In this document: positions 46,901 to 54,176 of the stretch, piece after piece
Position numbering within the stretch: the stretch's first letter is position 1
Layout: each line of letters starts with the position of its first letter
Virus record (IMG/VR): IMGVR_UViG_3300006737_007029
Location: 1 to 56,152 of that record
Direction: 5' to 3' (one strand)
DNA length: 56,152 nt
From: a virus
Taxonomy: Duplodnaviria; Caudoviricetes
The notes under the pieces: generated by a model
Seen by the model: only the letters and a program-made list of their open reading frames with translations
Told to the model about the DNA's origin: nothing
Database searches by the model: none
Program-made: the position numbers and the translations under genes

Positions 46901-47912
46901 CACCTATTTCTTCTGCCCATGTGCCATATGTTCTAATTTCACTTTCCAGTGTCAGTGTAGTTGATGTGCCTACACCTTCTACATAATAAGTTTTGTTTTT
47001 ATATGTTTCTGTTACGTCATTACCTATTCTGATAGGCAATCCGTTTGTCAACTTCAACCCAGTGTAATCCGTAAATGATGTTGTACCTATTAAATTTTCT
47101 TCAGGATCAAAATCTTCATCATCAAGATCTCTAATAATAATTCTACCTTTCATTCCGGTATGATTCTGACAATGATAAAAAATTATTGTAGGATATTGTG
47201 TGCTTGAATCACTTGCTGGAACATTCAATGTGACTGTACCATTGTCTGCCCCATTGTTTTCAACCATAGGTTCTTCCAACTTGTCTTGAGTACCAGTACC
47301 GTACTGTGACTTAATTAAAAATGGATGCCCTGATGCAGCTACATTAAATTTGTATGTGTTGCCTTTGTACACAATAATATCAGGGTTGTTTGCAGTCTTG
47401 TGACTGAACACATATGCACCACTGTAATTATTTTTTACATCAAATTCAATAGTTGCCCCAGGTGTGCCTGGTTGCAATACAATTGGTGACAATCCTTGTG
47501 CTATCCAAAAGTATTCTCTATAGTTTACAAATTTGTCATGGTCAATAGGTGGAGCATAAGAGTATGTTTGATTTGATAACAATCTGTCGTGTTTAATTTT
47601 TGAACCACCTTGTGCTTCAATATCGTTGATTACATCAATGTAAGGAGCCGCAAAATCAACATCTATTCCATTAGATTTGTAAAGTGTTGCTGGCTCTAAC
47701 TGATAATTGGTTCTGTCATCAGTAAGTTCTGGCACATACCCATCCGTTGCCTTGTAGGAAGGAATTGTTGTATGACCTATGTAAGATGATAACTTCTGTG
47801 TTTTGGTAGGCTCAATTAACTGATCCAAAGTGGCTGTTAAAAAGTCTTTGTTTTTATTGGTTTGGAAGACTTCAGGTAACAGAGTTTGCGATTTGCGTGT
47901 GCTCTTACCCAT
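34992..47912 (-). CDS. giant (4306 aa) baseplate wedge/structural protein with cupredoxin-like, FG-GAP beta-propeller and GDGST Ig-like domains
   Basis: Follows the gp6-like gene; N-terminal LLPEVFQT..FL.ATLDQL; FG.S.AIS.DG...VGAP repeats; GGAGYTVAPNITISGGGG; C-terminal IGTERINY..RGTLGT. Confidence 0.8.
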   Translation of the reverse strand: MGKSTRKSQTLLPEVFQTNKNKDFLTATLDQLIEPTKTQKLSSYIGHTTIPSYKATDGYVPELTDDRTNYQLEPATLYKSNGIDVDFAAPYIDVINDIEAQGGSKIKHDRLLSNQTYSYAPPIDHDKFVNYREYFWIAQGLSPIVLQPGTPGATIEFDVKNNYSGAYVFSHKTANNPDIIVYKGNTYKFNVAASGHPFLIKSQYGTGTQDKLEEPMVENNGADNGTVTLNVPASDSSTQYPTIIFYHCQNHTGMKGRIIIRDLDDEDFDPEENLIGTTSFTDYTGLKLTNGLPIRIGNDVTETYKNKTYYVEGVGTSTTLTLESEIRTYGTWAEEIGAIFDAAGTEGFDTGGWDNSTGQLVAVDYWTINRSARDRNAWSRSNRWFHKDVIALCNSKNNYAIPISENQRAKRPIIEFEAGLNLYNHGYTHRLVDVVDTQVTDALSLVSGTLGFISDGTVLRENDLVVFTQDEQQKNKIFQVKFYELGDSTAGNPSRLHLQIVDDSTAIADGTSVVGTRGNNQGISYHYSSADYKWTKSQQKTSVQQKPLFDVFTDAQISLSNLDTFISTDFVGSTVFEINTDDSQGTPDTVYGTNVIYSRLGLLSDMQVNDTFNTDTITYVQGTAPVSENIKSYYLRKTNQFGEQELVTNYRITKADGKQRVVEQYVATADQNQFEVESYQNPNSLTDLTLLVFVNGIKTTAYTTVAGVQDKLFVKLDTVSTQDDIVTIKSHSTVGIRTLNGYYEVAPAAQNNPLNESVGTLTIGDYAKHWYSALEEVDALTGTIVGANNSRDIKEIIQRGTKIVQHEGSMPLASLFLRDDTVNIVESWRKTGVDYEQFKANILRKAETLVMTESASKNLDIILDEINANKNSSFAYYDSDMIAYGGDKTILSYTVVDPAVTLYPITSAFDLTALSQKALYIYVNGTQLVHGRDYEFIGLDDSANFIGFEIKSALATDDKITVDEHDTTNGSFVPATPSKLGLAPAYEPTLEHDDIYLNEDSSTGGLLTIKGHDGSRTIGFGDFRDDILLEFEKRIYNNIKITHNPEAIEFSYGRFKTNSYTRTEVINAYARDFYYWTGTNGIDYVSNDVYQNGEPFTWNYSDYSKTINRTTDSDPLPGHWRGVYLEYFDTVSPHSTPWEMFGFGAKPSWWDDRYGPAPYTRGNNVLWNDVARGTIALGDRKGTYNKYKRSDVYSVIPVSENGDLVAPPNAGLLTDDTINSLNLSRKWSYGDMGPAEWAWRSSSSWRFAEQIAKFLAHPVKYAGVFFDISRNTTNAVGQNIYNNQYRQSPSNYVLPSTAQTAGYINVIYDYVKSQGLTSTALEVRLQNLSVQLVYKLAGYSNKQNLEVKLSSSSPLSSNQSVFTPKENYNLILHKSAPTSVSNYSGVIVEKSTNGYKVSGYSNFNRAFKINAPITTRDASVIAVGQTTDSFSEWQPGGSYAKGWIVRNAGIFYRALNAVASGDTFEESNWSEIGPVLPLKGGVSVKKFSNYHTNITTVPYGTEYTSVQDLANFVYGYDQYLQSIGFVFDEYSTDLELTMDWDLSVKEILFWTTQNWSNGSVLSVSPASSQLTHVRPASIGDDLVQGDRFYTVLQQDGLPIIPKNLRVSRADGQLVIGTNPNEDGIYNADIRTVQKEHLLVLDNLTSFKDVIYDIELGARQERLKLVGFKTADWQGDLYSPGFIIDRAQISDWEQYKDYKIGDVVTYQGNTYVAKNSHTSTNNFDALQFAIKTTPVPDIINNLDNKAESFRDFYSLDTENFDAEQQKYAQHLIGYQKRDYLVNLGFEEATQYKLYQGFIRDKGTNQIIDKITLPTQFGQNATFSLFEDWMIRIGEYGGHRTKNQYAWPVSGENHTELQHVYQITDASKDDTGVVLNVANNEFNKRPYEIPAEKFTAYSYDSSNYPSNIFKMGTAGYPQVEQVDFTVWNTTDMTTLDVETFKEGTTIWIANTPTGDWDVRRVNLTNNSILSYTQFDNKVQFTTTEQHGLNAGDFIAILNFGTQADGVYEISLPLDSTDTAYKFTITFEGTLDSSSLDGDLAKIQTIRTADIDNLQDITPIKGWQTGDYVYVDNAYETNGGSWKVWQRDSLGVFTFEDALGINTDLADKKNDNEEFGANLALSTDTKFLAVTAKGAERILIYNRPKASDDISMYTQIVPGIKNTAGDDEFGTSVAISDDGGIVLVGAPNTEDIVKMTAPGPSQDSTRSFARGQNVIGGDTGATGTVMRYEEGTTQDIFYVKVTSGTDFDDSTLNANDSSSVSIIDKVITDGNRTAQGTVNVITQDTNKQFAISANLVSPNIKSGERFGETVGISGDGEWIVVGAPGGPNDSTLADQGQVYVFKRGVSDSSGLAQYEHWQTLTPNTLSQVGARFGETLQISNDGSVIAVGVKLYDDSTLADQGIVFVWKKSGATYIEVENLRQDTAQANTKFGTSIQLSADGTDLLIGCPRETVTEPNQGTVYHYINQTSTHTGDGSTTAFVPTFTVQKYTRLYVSTGTNNWAFDDSSSPLATTYHVDEATNTVTLSSTPALGDTVVISQYQKAQKIVSQPAEVEGQFGTTVALSGNNLAVYSANGNNTRVTTFDKFMDDGSTELNETTFDAGGTSFSATVLDTGSVQLYSKYDTSYLHNETLSYAGATVNDSFGQALAVSSQNVYVGAPGVEVVANDSSTRADAGEVYYYAKTSTSDYWTETITQDDLMNPNSIEKTFMYTRVNNQKIIDMPRIDPAKGLFFAEIEENIRYKTPFDPANYDSWNDEHVGEVWLDTKQLKFLWYEQGELEQRLLNWGKVHPASDVSVKEWVRSIYTPTNYNILSATVEGQQEGITGTAQTNFVTQNVFDDVKNTFVERYFYWVEKSSTVPAVDNRSISTAQIASTIEDPKSYSENYSAVIDSNAVLLSIQPSVLTNKNIAFHIENTTDTDPIQAHEEYVLLSEGDPNVSLPKDLVQKYHDSLVGVDVNGRTVPDLEFPEDMRFGTLNRPRQSIFKNRLNALETVVKFINSRLILQPYATQVDLSLMTASDPIPNILLGEYDQVVDTEIDLDYINTETFASGRKVLVTTDSLVQGWAIYNYDGNKFIRERNQQFDTNRYWSYADYYASGYSSFTVPDIIVADEKAKKELSSEIGQIVKVKSSYNGAFRLYVTTAGGYDVVGIGNGTIQLDASLYDYSGTSRGFGGEAYDSLTFDEEAVQELRNILQAINSFQESSDFDAAEVFFTAIKVALAQDPGADWIVKSSFIKKTNEIESISNKSEFQLDVSNSVDAFFDEVLPYKTQVRDDVSKYGIKETMEGDFTDFDNPTYWDSDLGKYVTPTVVAGDSTYFSVYENNPHKFFSDNYKYKIVEIAVDKGGAGYTVAPNITISGGGGSGTVAKASIQNGAIVSVQVVTQGTGYSSNPTITLTGGGGGVTEEAKIRAVLTNNKTRKLNETIKFDRVAGNHALADGSPGIKTWTRDTVFAKGDNIRYENEIYRAIYSFKSGEKFDDDVLLDDSTNNNDSSTANRYQALALWTAADRIHAFYEPTTNMPGLIGDGSTTINAYAQLMTGLEYPGTRLRSTTFQAGEGYDEANFDVLAYDKATDDPNADADTLTDLDLVVDSKTFTTNLGMRPEDINVVGDAFISEYSAHAPEEVLPGGVYDTMDMKVFTRSTDGASIIQKRNYYGDGSTVSFAIPEPKALDGIRVFINDHFKAQTTDYTVDYKAQTITFTTAPEINAIIKIVVIGVSTDDLLGKFQVEADGSTTAFDVNVAFHLTKQTYVLVNGVKTSHTISQTSNARTTTVTFSSAPADDAIIDVYAFDLPASTKAFSEVDQTEYTIPTDSTEIKIQLTTLPGAFGPFHHKVFVEGVSGDNNGTGRYKLTPPQVKYYTGDDTSTTYLLPDEPVASALATPSNIEVYKNGVKLSLAEYQLQFNAQNKGIVNFNTAPTSSDSLAIVLLLGMDYTVDLDGKLTLHGDWSDGSTMHNEKIIVTTFNNHDQMTMRTEVFSGSTGSLIDVITDFGQVQGATTASDIDYGDLTAANTDPEDFGSILQSTQIIDIQEKVYELASTPLNTDYLFVGKNKGYLTANVDYRLEGKKLFLPRSALDISDTISVTYITGPQRKEPMGYRVFKDILNRTHYRRLSKAASTRLVLDLGVSDATMTVTDGTALPEPDTENNAPGVVFIGTERINYFEKDGNVISRLVRGTLGTGVKHHAGGSVVVDGSKHQSISGYEDTTTSEVHTGDGSTVFYGTSFTPTDANELVVQVGGTATKEFTIGGDSTAGITFTTAPGNGLTIRISRKTGSVWYTAGASTASNGLGLQQSTTPQASFLQASPADLSLL

Positions 47913-47913
47913 C

Positions 47914-50900
47914 TTAATAATATCCTGAGCCTGATGATCCTGATGTGATGGTTGAATTCACCGATGTAGTAGCAGTTGCACTTGCACCTGTGACAGCCGC
48001 TCCGGTAGTTGATGATACCACAGTGCCTGTTGATTTAAGTTGTTCTGCTGTGTTAGATGATATTATCTGAACATTATCAACTGTGGCAGATGAAATAGGC
48101 AATTGATGGCCATCCACAGTAATTTCAAACAATGATCCAAATGAAGTTGTTGCACTTGCTGGTACAATCACAATACTCAACACATCTGGTGCCAATACAT
48201 TGTGCAAGTATGCCGCTAATTCTGTAAAGTAAAATGTGTCGCCGAAATCCCATAAAGCCAAAGTGAAATAATCATTGATTGCTTCGATCAAATTAGACTT
48301 GATTTGATTATCTGACACTGCTGTTGCTTTATTTTTTACAACTTTAAATGTTGCCTGCAGAGATGTTTCAGCTCCTTTACCAAACAACAGCACATACTCT
48401 CCTGGATTAAAAACTATTGTGTCACTTACACTTTTTAATTGATTCAGCGTTGGCAAATATGTGTCATTTAATTCTGCCACAGTTGGTGGTTGAGGCTCGG
48501 CTGTCAATTGATTTGCATTTAACCAAGCACGGAAATCTATATCATATGATTTTGTCATCACATAACAGTCTATAATGTTACTCACTGATGGATCTAATCG
48601 TCTGTCTCTAGGAGCACCATGATTGTATCTGTAAATCAAACTTTGTCTGCCCAGTTTAGCAGTGTATCCTGTCAGTTCCTCTAACAGTTTTGTAGTTGAA
48701 TTGTATGTCTTGAATTCGTCGTCTTGATAAAAATAAAATTTTTGTCCATCTGCATAAATGGCAGGATTAGTGATATCAGTTTCTTTTGGCACTGTGACAA
48801 ACTCTGTATTGTTAATTGGATTCAATTGCTCAAATCCGTTTACTGTCACAGTTTGAAAGAATACGTATTTTTCATTAATGTCTGTTGTGGGCGAAACAAT
48901 AAGAGCAAATAAATCAGGATTGTCTACCACTCCATCATCATCACCGTCAAATAATCCTATTTGTATTTTGCGTGTATCGGAATATCCATCTGCACCAACA
49001 ATATTTTTTACAATCTGCCATTTATAATCAAATGTCAAATTTGATACAAAATCAGGTTTTGTGTTGGATTTCAAAATGGTGACTGAATCTTTTACAACCA
49101 AGCCTGTTTCAGGATCAATTGCTTTTACTGACTCATCGAAATAAAATTTATTTCTTGAAAAACTTTGGAATATGTATTGTGTTGCTCTGTTGAATACTGT
49201 GTACGTCAATCCATTGGTAGAAAATCTTATCAACCAAGATGCATCTAAACTTGCACTTGTTTTGTTTTCCGCAAAGGATAAATCAAAATCTCCAGTGTTC
49301 AAGTTGTCATCATCAATTACATACCATGCTCTGGTTGTGTTGTTGTATCCTAGTCCAAAGTTTTTGAATGCAACTACTTTGTCTATGATAGCAGTTTCTA
49401 ATGTTGTAGAGATACTGTCTACATACTTAGGAATAATTTCTTTAAGTTCTGCATCAGTAGGAATAAGATCCGATAACACAATAGGCCCAGTACCATCAGC
49501 TAGTTCTCCTTGTCCGCCATTGGACCCATCACCCTCAACACTGATAGTTTTTGTCCACATTATTTCAGCACTGCCAGGATGGCCAGGCGCACCAGACATC
49601 TGTGTGCCTAGTTCAGTCATAAAGTGACTGCCAGATGTTGGCTCAAACTTTAACAATGCACCTTCTGTCACATATTGCAGATTAGACACACTAGATGTGC
49701 CAACTGCTAATACACTCGAATCTGCCCCTTCTGCAAGGAAGTAACCTGTGACTTGATTCCCAGTCTGTGTCGATTTTTTCCAAGTTTTAAGTCCAGAAAT
49801 TTGTGGTCTCGGAAAATTATCATAATAAAATTGTTTGAGTGAACTGGATTCAAATATGTTTGCAACAGAACTAGTAATAACTTTTCTTGCATCATCCCTT
49901 GTTGTGAATGAAAAATCAAATGATTCAGTAACAATGTCTCTGTACACCATTCCATCATCAGCCACTATATCAGTTTCTGAGTAAACTCCTGTTGGATCTG
50001 TAACATCTAAAAATCTTGAAGTACCACTTATAGCTCTCACTTGTGATCTTGCTTTTGCCAATGAAGGATTTTGTGTCAAAGGAATAATTTGATAATCTTC
50101 TGGAGTAATCATCCTGTTGTTGGCATAATACACTTGAGGAGCTTGTGTTTTGATGTCCACTATGCTTTGAGACTGAGCCGCATTAGTCACTGTGCTTGTG
50201 AGTGATGCTGTCACGGTTAATGTGTTGATTTGATTATTGCGTGACACATACTCGACATCAAATGAAATATTTTGCATGTCTCCTGTTTGAATTCTATATG
50301 TCAGTCCGTTACTTTGTCTGTAAAACACACGGAAGTTTCCTACAGGCATTGTTCCATATGTGCCATCTGAAAATACAAGATCAATTTGATCATTTGTTTT
50401 TGTAACCACAGCATACTGGTTAGTAATATTGTTGGCCAATGTGTTGTATATCACATTGTTGCCTGTGATAGCAGGCACTTTGGTCCATGCTTGTTCTAAC
50501 AATCCGTTTTGGTCTAGTTTGAACAAGAATACATCATCGTTATTGATTCCGTTTTCTTCAACAGTCACAATAGTGTTTGGAAGTTGTGAATCGATAGTAA
50601 AGTCTGTGCTGTTCATTTCTCCTTGTTTGAATGTGAAGAAATAACCAGTTGAATTAGAACTAAATCCTCTTCCATCATTTTTGTACAAGAAAGAAAGTGA
50701 ATTGCCTGGCACTGGATTTTCTTCTATAACAAATCCATCGTCTAATGCAACAGGCACAATTTCAAAATCCATTGCTATTCCGTTGATGTTGCGAGAAAAT
50801 GATTGTGTTGGCAATCCAATATTACTAGAGTTTAATCTGTATTGATCTGTTGTTATTCCACCAACAGTTCCTGTTGATTGTGGTTTTCCAACTGTTTGTG

Positions 50901-51399
50901 CTCTTGGAAGAGCAGAGTTAAGCACAGCATTAAATTGTTCCTGCCAATTTGTGTTTGTAACATCATTCCAAAGTATCGGAGTGTTTGCTAAATCGTTTCC
51001 ATTTGCATCTAACACAGTCTCAGTGGTTGTGATCGAGGTAACTTTTAGTTGTCCTGATCCAGAAATATTTCTTTTGGGTTGAAATGATATGAGTCTTGCT
51101 AATCTTAACACTGACTCTTTACGTTCAGCAAGATCAATAAAGTTTTCTCTAGCATTTAGATCAACTCTGTATGAAATAGATTGTGCCACATAAGAAATCA
51201 AATCAATCAGTGCAAGATATTCTGATGATTCGATGTAGTCATTGAACGACTCTGAATAGTTTAATCTAAGGTAATCAATCAGTGTTCGTCTTATGGTATC
51301 AAAATCATAAGATTTAAAGTCCGCTTGTGAAAACGTTCTGTATATTCTCTGCCAAGTGTCATTTACAAGTAGAGAGTTCTGTCTATCATTAGATGGCAT
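47914..51399 (-). CDS. baseplate wedge subunit (T4 gp6-like)
   Basis: DFDTIRRTLIDYL..FNDYIESSE..LIDLISY..ENFIDLAERKESVLRLARLISF; VFSDGTYG; IKTQAPQVYYANNRMITPEDY. Confidence 0.85.
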   Translation of the reverse strand: MPSNDRQNSLLVNDTWQRIYRTFSQADFKSYDFDTIRRTLIDYLRLNYSESFNDYIESSEYLALIDLISYVAQSISYRVDLNARENFIDLAERKESVLRLARLISFQPKRNISGSGQLKVTSITTTETVLDANGNDLANTPILWNDVTNTNWQEQFNAVLNSALPRAQTVGKPQSTGTVGGITTDQYRLNSSNIGLPTQSFSRNINGIAMDFEIVPVALDDGFVIEENPVPGNSLSFLYKNDGRGFSSNSTGYFFTFKQGEMNSTDFTIDSQLPNTIVTVEENGINNDDVFLFKLDQNGLLEQAWTKVPAITGNNVIYNTLANNITNQYAVVTKTNDQIDLVFSDGTYGTMPVGNFRVFYRQSNGLTYRIQTGDMQNISFDVEYVSRNNQINTLTVTASLTSTVTNAAQSQSIVDIKTQAPQVYYANNRMITPEDYQIIPLTQNPSLAKARSQVRAISGTSRFLDVTDPTGVYSETDIVADDGMVYRDIVTESFDFSFTTRDDARKVITSSVANIFESSSLKQFYYDNFPRPQISGLKTWKKSTQTGNQVTGYFLAEGADSSVLAVGTSSVSNLQYVTEGALLKFEPTSGSHFMTELGTQMSGAPGHPGSAEIMWTKTISVEGDGSNGGQGELADGTGPIVLSDLIPTDAELKEIIPKYVDSISTTLETAIIDKVVAFKNFGLGYNNTTRAWYVIDDDNLNTGDFDLSFAENKTSASLDASWLIRFSTNGLTYTVFNRATQYIFQSFSRNKFYFDESVKAIDPETGLVVKDSVTILKSNTKPDFVSNLTFDYKWQIVKNIVGADGYSDTRKIQIGLFDGDDDGVVDNPDLFALIVSPTTDINEKYVFFQTVTVNGFEQLNPINNTEFVTVPKETDITNPAIYADGQKFYFYQDDEFKTYNSTTKLLEELTGYTAKLGRQSLIYRYNHGAPRDRRLDPSVSNIIDCYVMTKSYDIDFRAWLNANQLTAEPQPPTVAELNDTYLPTLNQLKSVSDTIVFNPGEYVLLFGKGAETSLQATFKVVKNKATAVSDNQIKSNLIEAINDYFTLALWDFGDTFYFTELAAYLHNVLAPDVLSIVIVPASATTSFGSLFEITVDGHQLPISSATVDNVQIISSNTAEQLKSTGTVVSSTTGAAVTGASATATTSVNSTITSGSSGSGYY

Positions 51400-51404
51400 A
51401 ATAA

Positions 51405-51412
51405 TATTTATA
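51405..51412 (-). promoter_or_regulatory. T4-like late promoter TATAAATA
   Basis: Exact TATAAATA on the minus strand, 5 nt before ATG 51399. Confidence 0.7.
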
Positions 51413-51438
51413 GTTTTTAAAAAGTGCTGAGTTTATGA

Positions 51439-51891
51439 TTAGGCCGCAGTGTAAACTTCTGAAGGACCAGCCAATAATCCTTGCTGTGAGTCGAATAACA
51501 AGTCCATAGATTCACCTAATCCGTATCCAGTGTACACAACTGACACTTTTACTTGTAGTCCTTGTTCGTAATCGTTAACTTCTATGCTGTCCATTTCAAC
51601 ACGTGGATCATAGTTTACAATCGCTTCAACTTCCTCAATCACAGCGTTTCTGGTTTCATCATCCAACGGATCCATCAAATATAACCAAATATTTGTACCA
51701 AAGTCTGGATTTTCCAGTTTTTCGCCCTTTAATATATTGAAATGATTGAGTAAATCTTGTTTAACTAATTCTATATCATATAGTTTAGTGTCAGCAAAGT
51801 CTCTGCCAACAGAACTGTGTCCTCGAAATATTCTTGTGTTAGACACACCTTGTGTGGTTGAATTTACTTCATTGAAGTTTTTTACTGCCAT
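51439..51891 (-). CDS. baseplate wedge subunit (gp25/GPW family)
   Basis: DIELVKQDLLNHF..KGEKLENPDFGTNIW.YL.DPLD..YDPRV. Confidence 0.9.
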   Translation of the reverse strand: MAVKNFNEVNSTTQGVSNTRIFRGHSSVGRDFADTKLYDIELVKQDLLNHFNILKGEKLENPDFGTNIWLYLMDPLDDETRNAVIEEVEAIVNYDPRVEMDSIEVNDYEQGLQVKVSVVYTGYGLGESMDLLFDSQQGLLAGPSEVYTAA

Positions 51892-51895
51892 AAAA

Positions 51896-52057
51896 CTATT
51901 TTACAATAGCCGAACCATCACATTGAACGCAATCGCATTTGTAACATCTATCGGCATCTGTACCCTCAGCGGACATGGCAAACTCTTTCATTACAGGAGA
52001 TTCACCAGTGCAGTGTGACGGTGTATTGCATTTTTTACATATATCTTGATCAGCCAT
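51896..52057 (-). CDS. 53-aa cysteine-rich peptide (absent from the ORF track)
   Basis: Manual translation MADQDICKKCNTPSHCTGESPVMKEFAMSAEGTDADRCYKCDCVQCDGSAIVK*; fills the PAAR-gp25 gap; TAAGTA 5 nt upstream. Confidence 0.65.
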   Translation of the reverse strand: MADQDICKKCNTPSHCTGESPVMKEFAMSAEGTDADRCYKCDCVQCDGSAIVK

Positions 52058-52065
52058 ACTATTAC

Positions 52066-52326
52066 TTATCCTACAAACACATCACTGGAACCTGTGGCAG
52101 CCTCGCCACACACTGACGCAACATCGCCAGCATTACACACTGCTTTGCCGCCAACAAATACTGCATTGGACCCGGCCACTATGGTCTGTTCTAAGTGTGG
52201 AGCAAGTCCATGTGCGGCCACTGTATCACCATTCACAATTATTTCTTCGCCATTAGCTATTACTGTGGTCTGTGATGGAACTAAATCACCACCTGCCGCA
52301 TCGTTGTCTCTGCATACTCCCGGCAT
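52066..52326 (-). CDS. PAAR-domain spike tip protein (T4 gp5.4-like)
   Basis: MPGVCRDND..TVIANG..GDTVAAH..GSNAVFVGGKAVCNAGD..CG..TGSSDVFVG; TAATG-coupled to gp5. Confidence 0.88.
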   Translation of the reverse strand: MPGVCRDNDAAGGDLVPSQTTVIANGEEIIVNGDTVAAHGLAPHLEQTIVAGSNAVFVGGKAVCNAGDVASVCGEAATGSSDVFVG

Positions 52327-54176
52327 TACACACCTCTCCTTGCTTGAGCATCTTCATTGTCAGGTGTTTCTGTAAATCTTTCGTCTGTAAGTTCTCTGTC
52401 TGTGAACAATATTCCCGACTTGTCTACTGACACAATATTATTGAATACAACTTTTCTTTTGTTTTCATGTTCAGCATAAGGTTCTGCTGTTGGCACACGT
52501 TTCATAATAGATTGTCTTTTAATTTCTTTTACTGTTTTGTCTATACTTTCTGGCACAATTACATTTTCAAATGTGCTTAATTGTTGAACACGTTCTCCTT
52601 CATCACCAACAACATTTTCTACCACAATGTTTGCTCCAACCACACCAGATACAACTTTGCCTGAAGTGTTAAAATGTATTTCACTTGCTGTGTTTACCAA
52701 ATGATCATTGGCGGCAAAAATTTTGTTGTCATTTGCAACCTCTAGTACATTATCATTACCAACATAACTTTTACTGTCATTTCCTATGAAAGTGTTGAAA
52801 TTATTTTTTACTCTCAGCTGTAGTGTACCAGTGCCGGAACTATCACTGGCTGAAGCACTGCCTACTTCAATTTCTGCAAAATTTTGTGCATACAAAGAAA
52901 AATCATCTCTAGTTTGCAATCGCATGTTTTTTTGTGCTTCAAATATCATTTGTTCTTCTGATTTAACAGCAACATCTTTTTGTGCCAGCATCTCAATATC
53001 TTCGTTGGCATCAATGTGTATTCTACCTGTCACAATGTCTTCATTTGAATTTATAAATTGATCTGTTTTGTTTTGCCCTGTGGCTTTCATGTTGATGTTT
53101 CTGGCCGCTTCTATATTAATATCACGTTCTGCTCTAAGATTGAAATCACCAATGGTATGCACACTGAAAGACTCATCTGCATACATGTCTATTTTGCCAT
53201 CTTCTGACAGTTCTACCCATGCTGTGCCTGTGCTGTTTATGATGTACACAGTGTTTTCTGAATCATGCAACAATACTTGAGCACCTTTGCGTGTTCTAAA
53301 TCTTATCAATTCATTTTCGATAGGTGTTTTTCCTTGTACACTAGGAGTACCATCATCCATTACAAACGAATGTCCACCCAATCTTGAGTGTGCAAATTTT
53401 TCTCCTATTTTTCCATGTCTGTTTACAGAGTCTGTGTTAGGAGCCGCAAACTGCCCTTCGAAGTCTATAGGACCCGGTGTGCTGATGCCAAACACTTGTG
53501 AAGGTGTTTCACGTCTCGCTGACGAACTGGTGATGCCTCTTATTTTGTCTTTGATCAATCCTTGTGCCAACAATGACTCTGCCAAGGGTGTGTGCACCGG
53601 TCTATATTTTGCACTGTTATCGGTAGCATAATCTGTGTTGATGCCTACAGCATCGTCTGTAATTTTTCTGTTTGGTTCTGCCACAGGTAAATCTTCAATG
53701 CCTAATCCACCAAATCGTTTTTGTGCATCGCCTCCTCCAGGACCGCCTCCACCTTCTTCAATACTGCGTGGCGATGATGCTAATCCTGGCACCATGTGGT
53801 TGATCTGCATGTCTGGCACACAACCTATCCAAAACCCTTCATTGACATTTCCATTGGCAAACATCACAAGCACCTGTGTACCTATATCTGGCGGCACTGC
53901 CCAAAAACCATATGACTTTTGTGTAGCATGAAAGTCTCCACTGTTGGTACCTCTTGCATCACGCACAGGAGTTTGGCCAGCAAAGGGTGAACAGTATCTC
54001 ACTGTGTATGTGACGTCAGCTACAGCTCTATCAGGAACGTCTTTGTGTGTTTGTAAGGCAGGGATAGAAACTTCCAATCGGCCGGATCTGTTTACATCAG
54101 CAGAGTTCATTACTGTGCCTATGTATACACCCATTGAAGGTGACATTGGATTGAACTCTCTTTTATGCTGTGGCAT
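52326..54176 (-). CDS. baseplate hub/spike protein (gp5/VgrG-like, no lysozyme domain seen)
   Basis: OB-fold YIGTV..SGRLEVSIP..YGFWAVPPDIGTQVLVMF..WIGC; GHSFVMDDG; beta-helix repeats; VPTAEPYAEHEN. Confidence 0.85.
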   Translation of the reverse strand: MPQHKREFNPMSPSMGVYIGTVMNSADVNRSGRLEVSIPALQTHKDVPDRAVADVTYTVRYCSPFAGQTPVRDARGTNSGDFHATQKSYGFWAVPPDIGTQVLVMFANGNVNEGFWIGCVPDMQINHMVPGLASSPRSIEEGGGGPGGGDAQKRFGGLGIEDLPVAEPNRKITDDAVGINTDYATDNSAKYRPVHTPLAESLLAQGLIKDKIRGITSSSARRETPSQVFGISTPGPIDFEGQFAAPNTDSVNRHGKIGEKFAHSRLGGHSFVMDDGTPSVQGKTPIENELIRFRTRKGAQVLLHDSENTVYIINSTGTAWVELSEDGKIDMYADESFSVHTIGDFNLRAERDINIEAARNINMKATGQNKTDQFINSNEDIVTGRIHIDANEDIEMLAQKDVAVKSEEQMIFEAQKNMRLQTRDDFSLYAQNFAEIEVGSASASDSSGTGTLQLRVKNNFNTFIGNDSKSYVGNDNVLEVANDNKIFAANDHLVNTASEIHFNTSGKVVSGVVGANIVVENVVGDEGERVQQLSTFENVIVPESIDKTVKEIKRQSIMKRVPTAEPYAEHENKRKVVFNNIVSVDKSGILFTDRELTDERFTETPDNEDAQARRGV

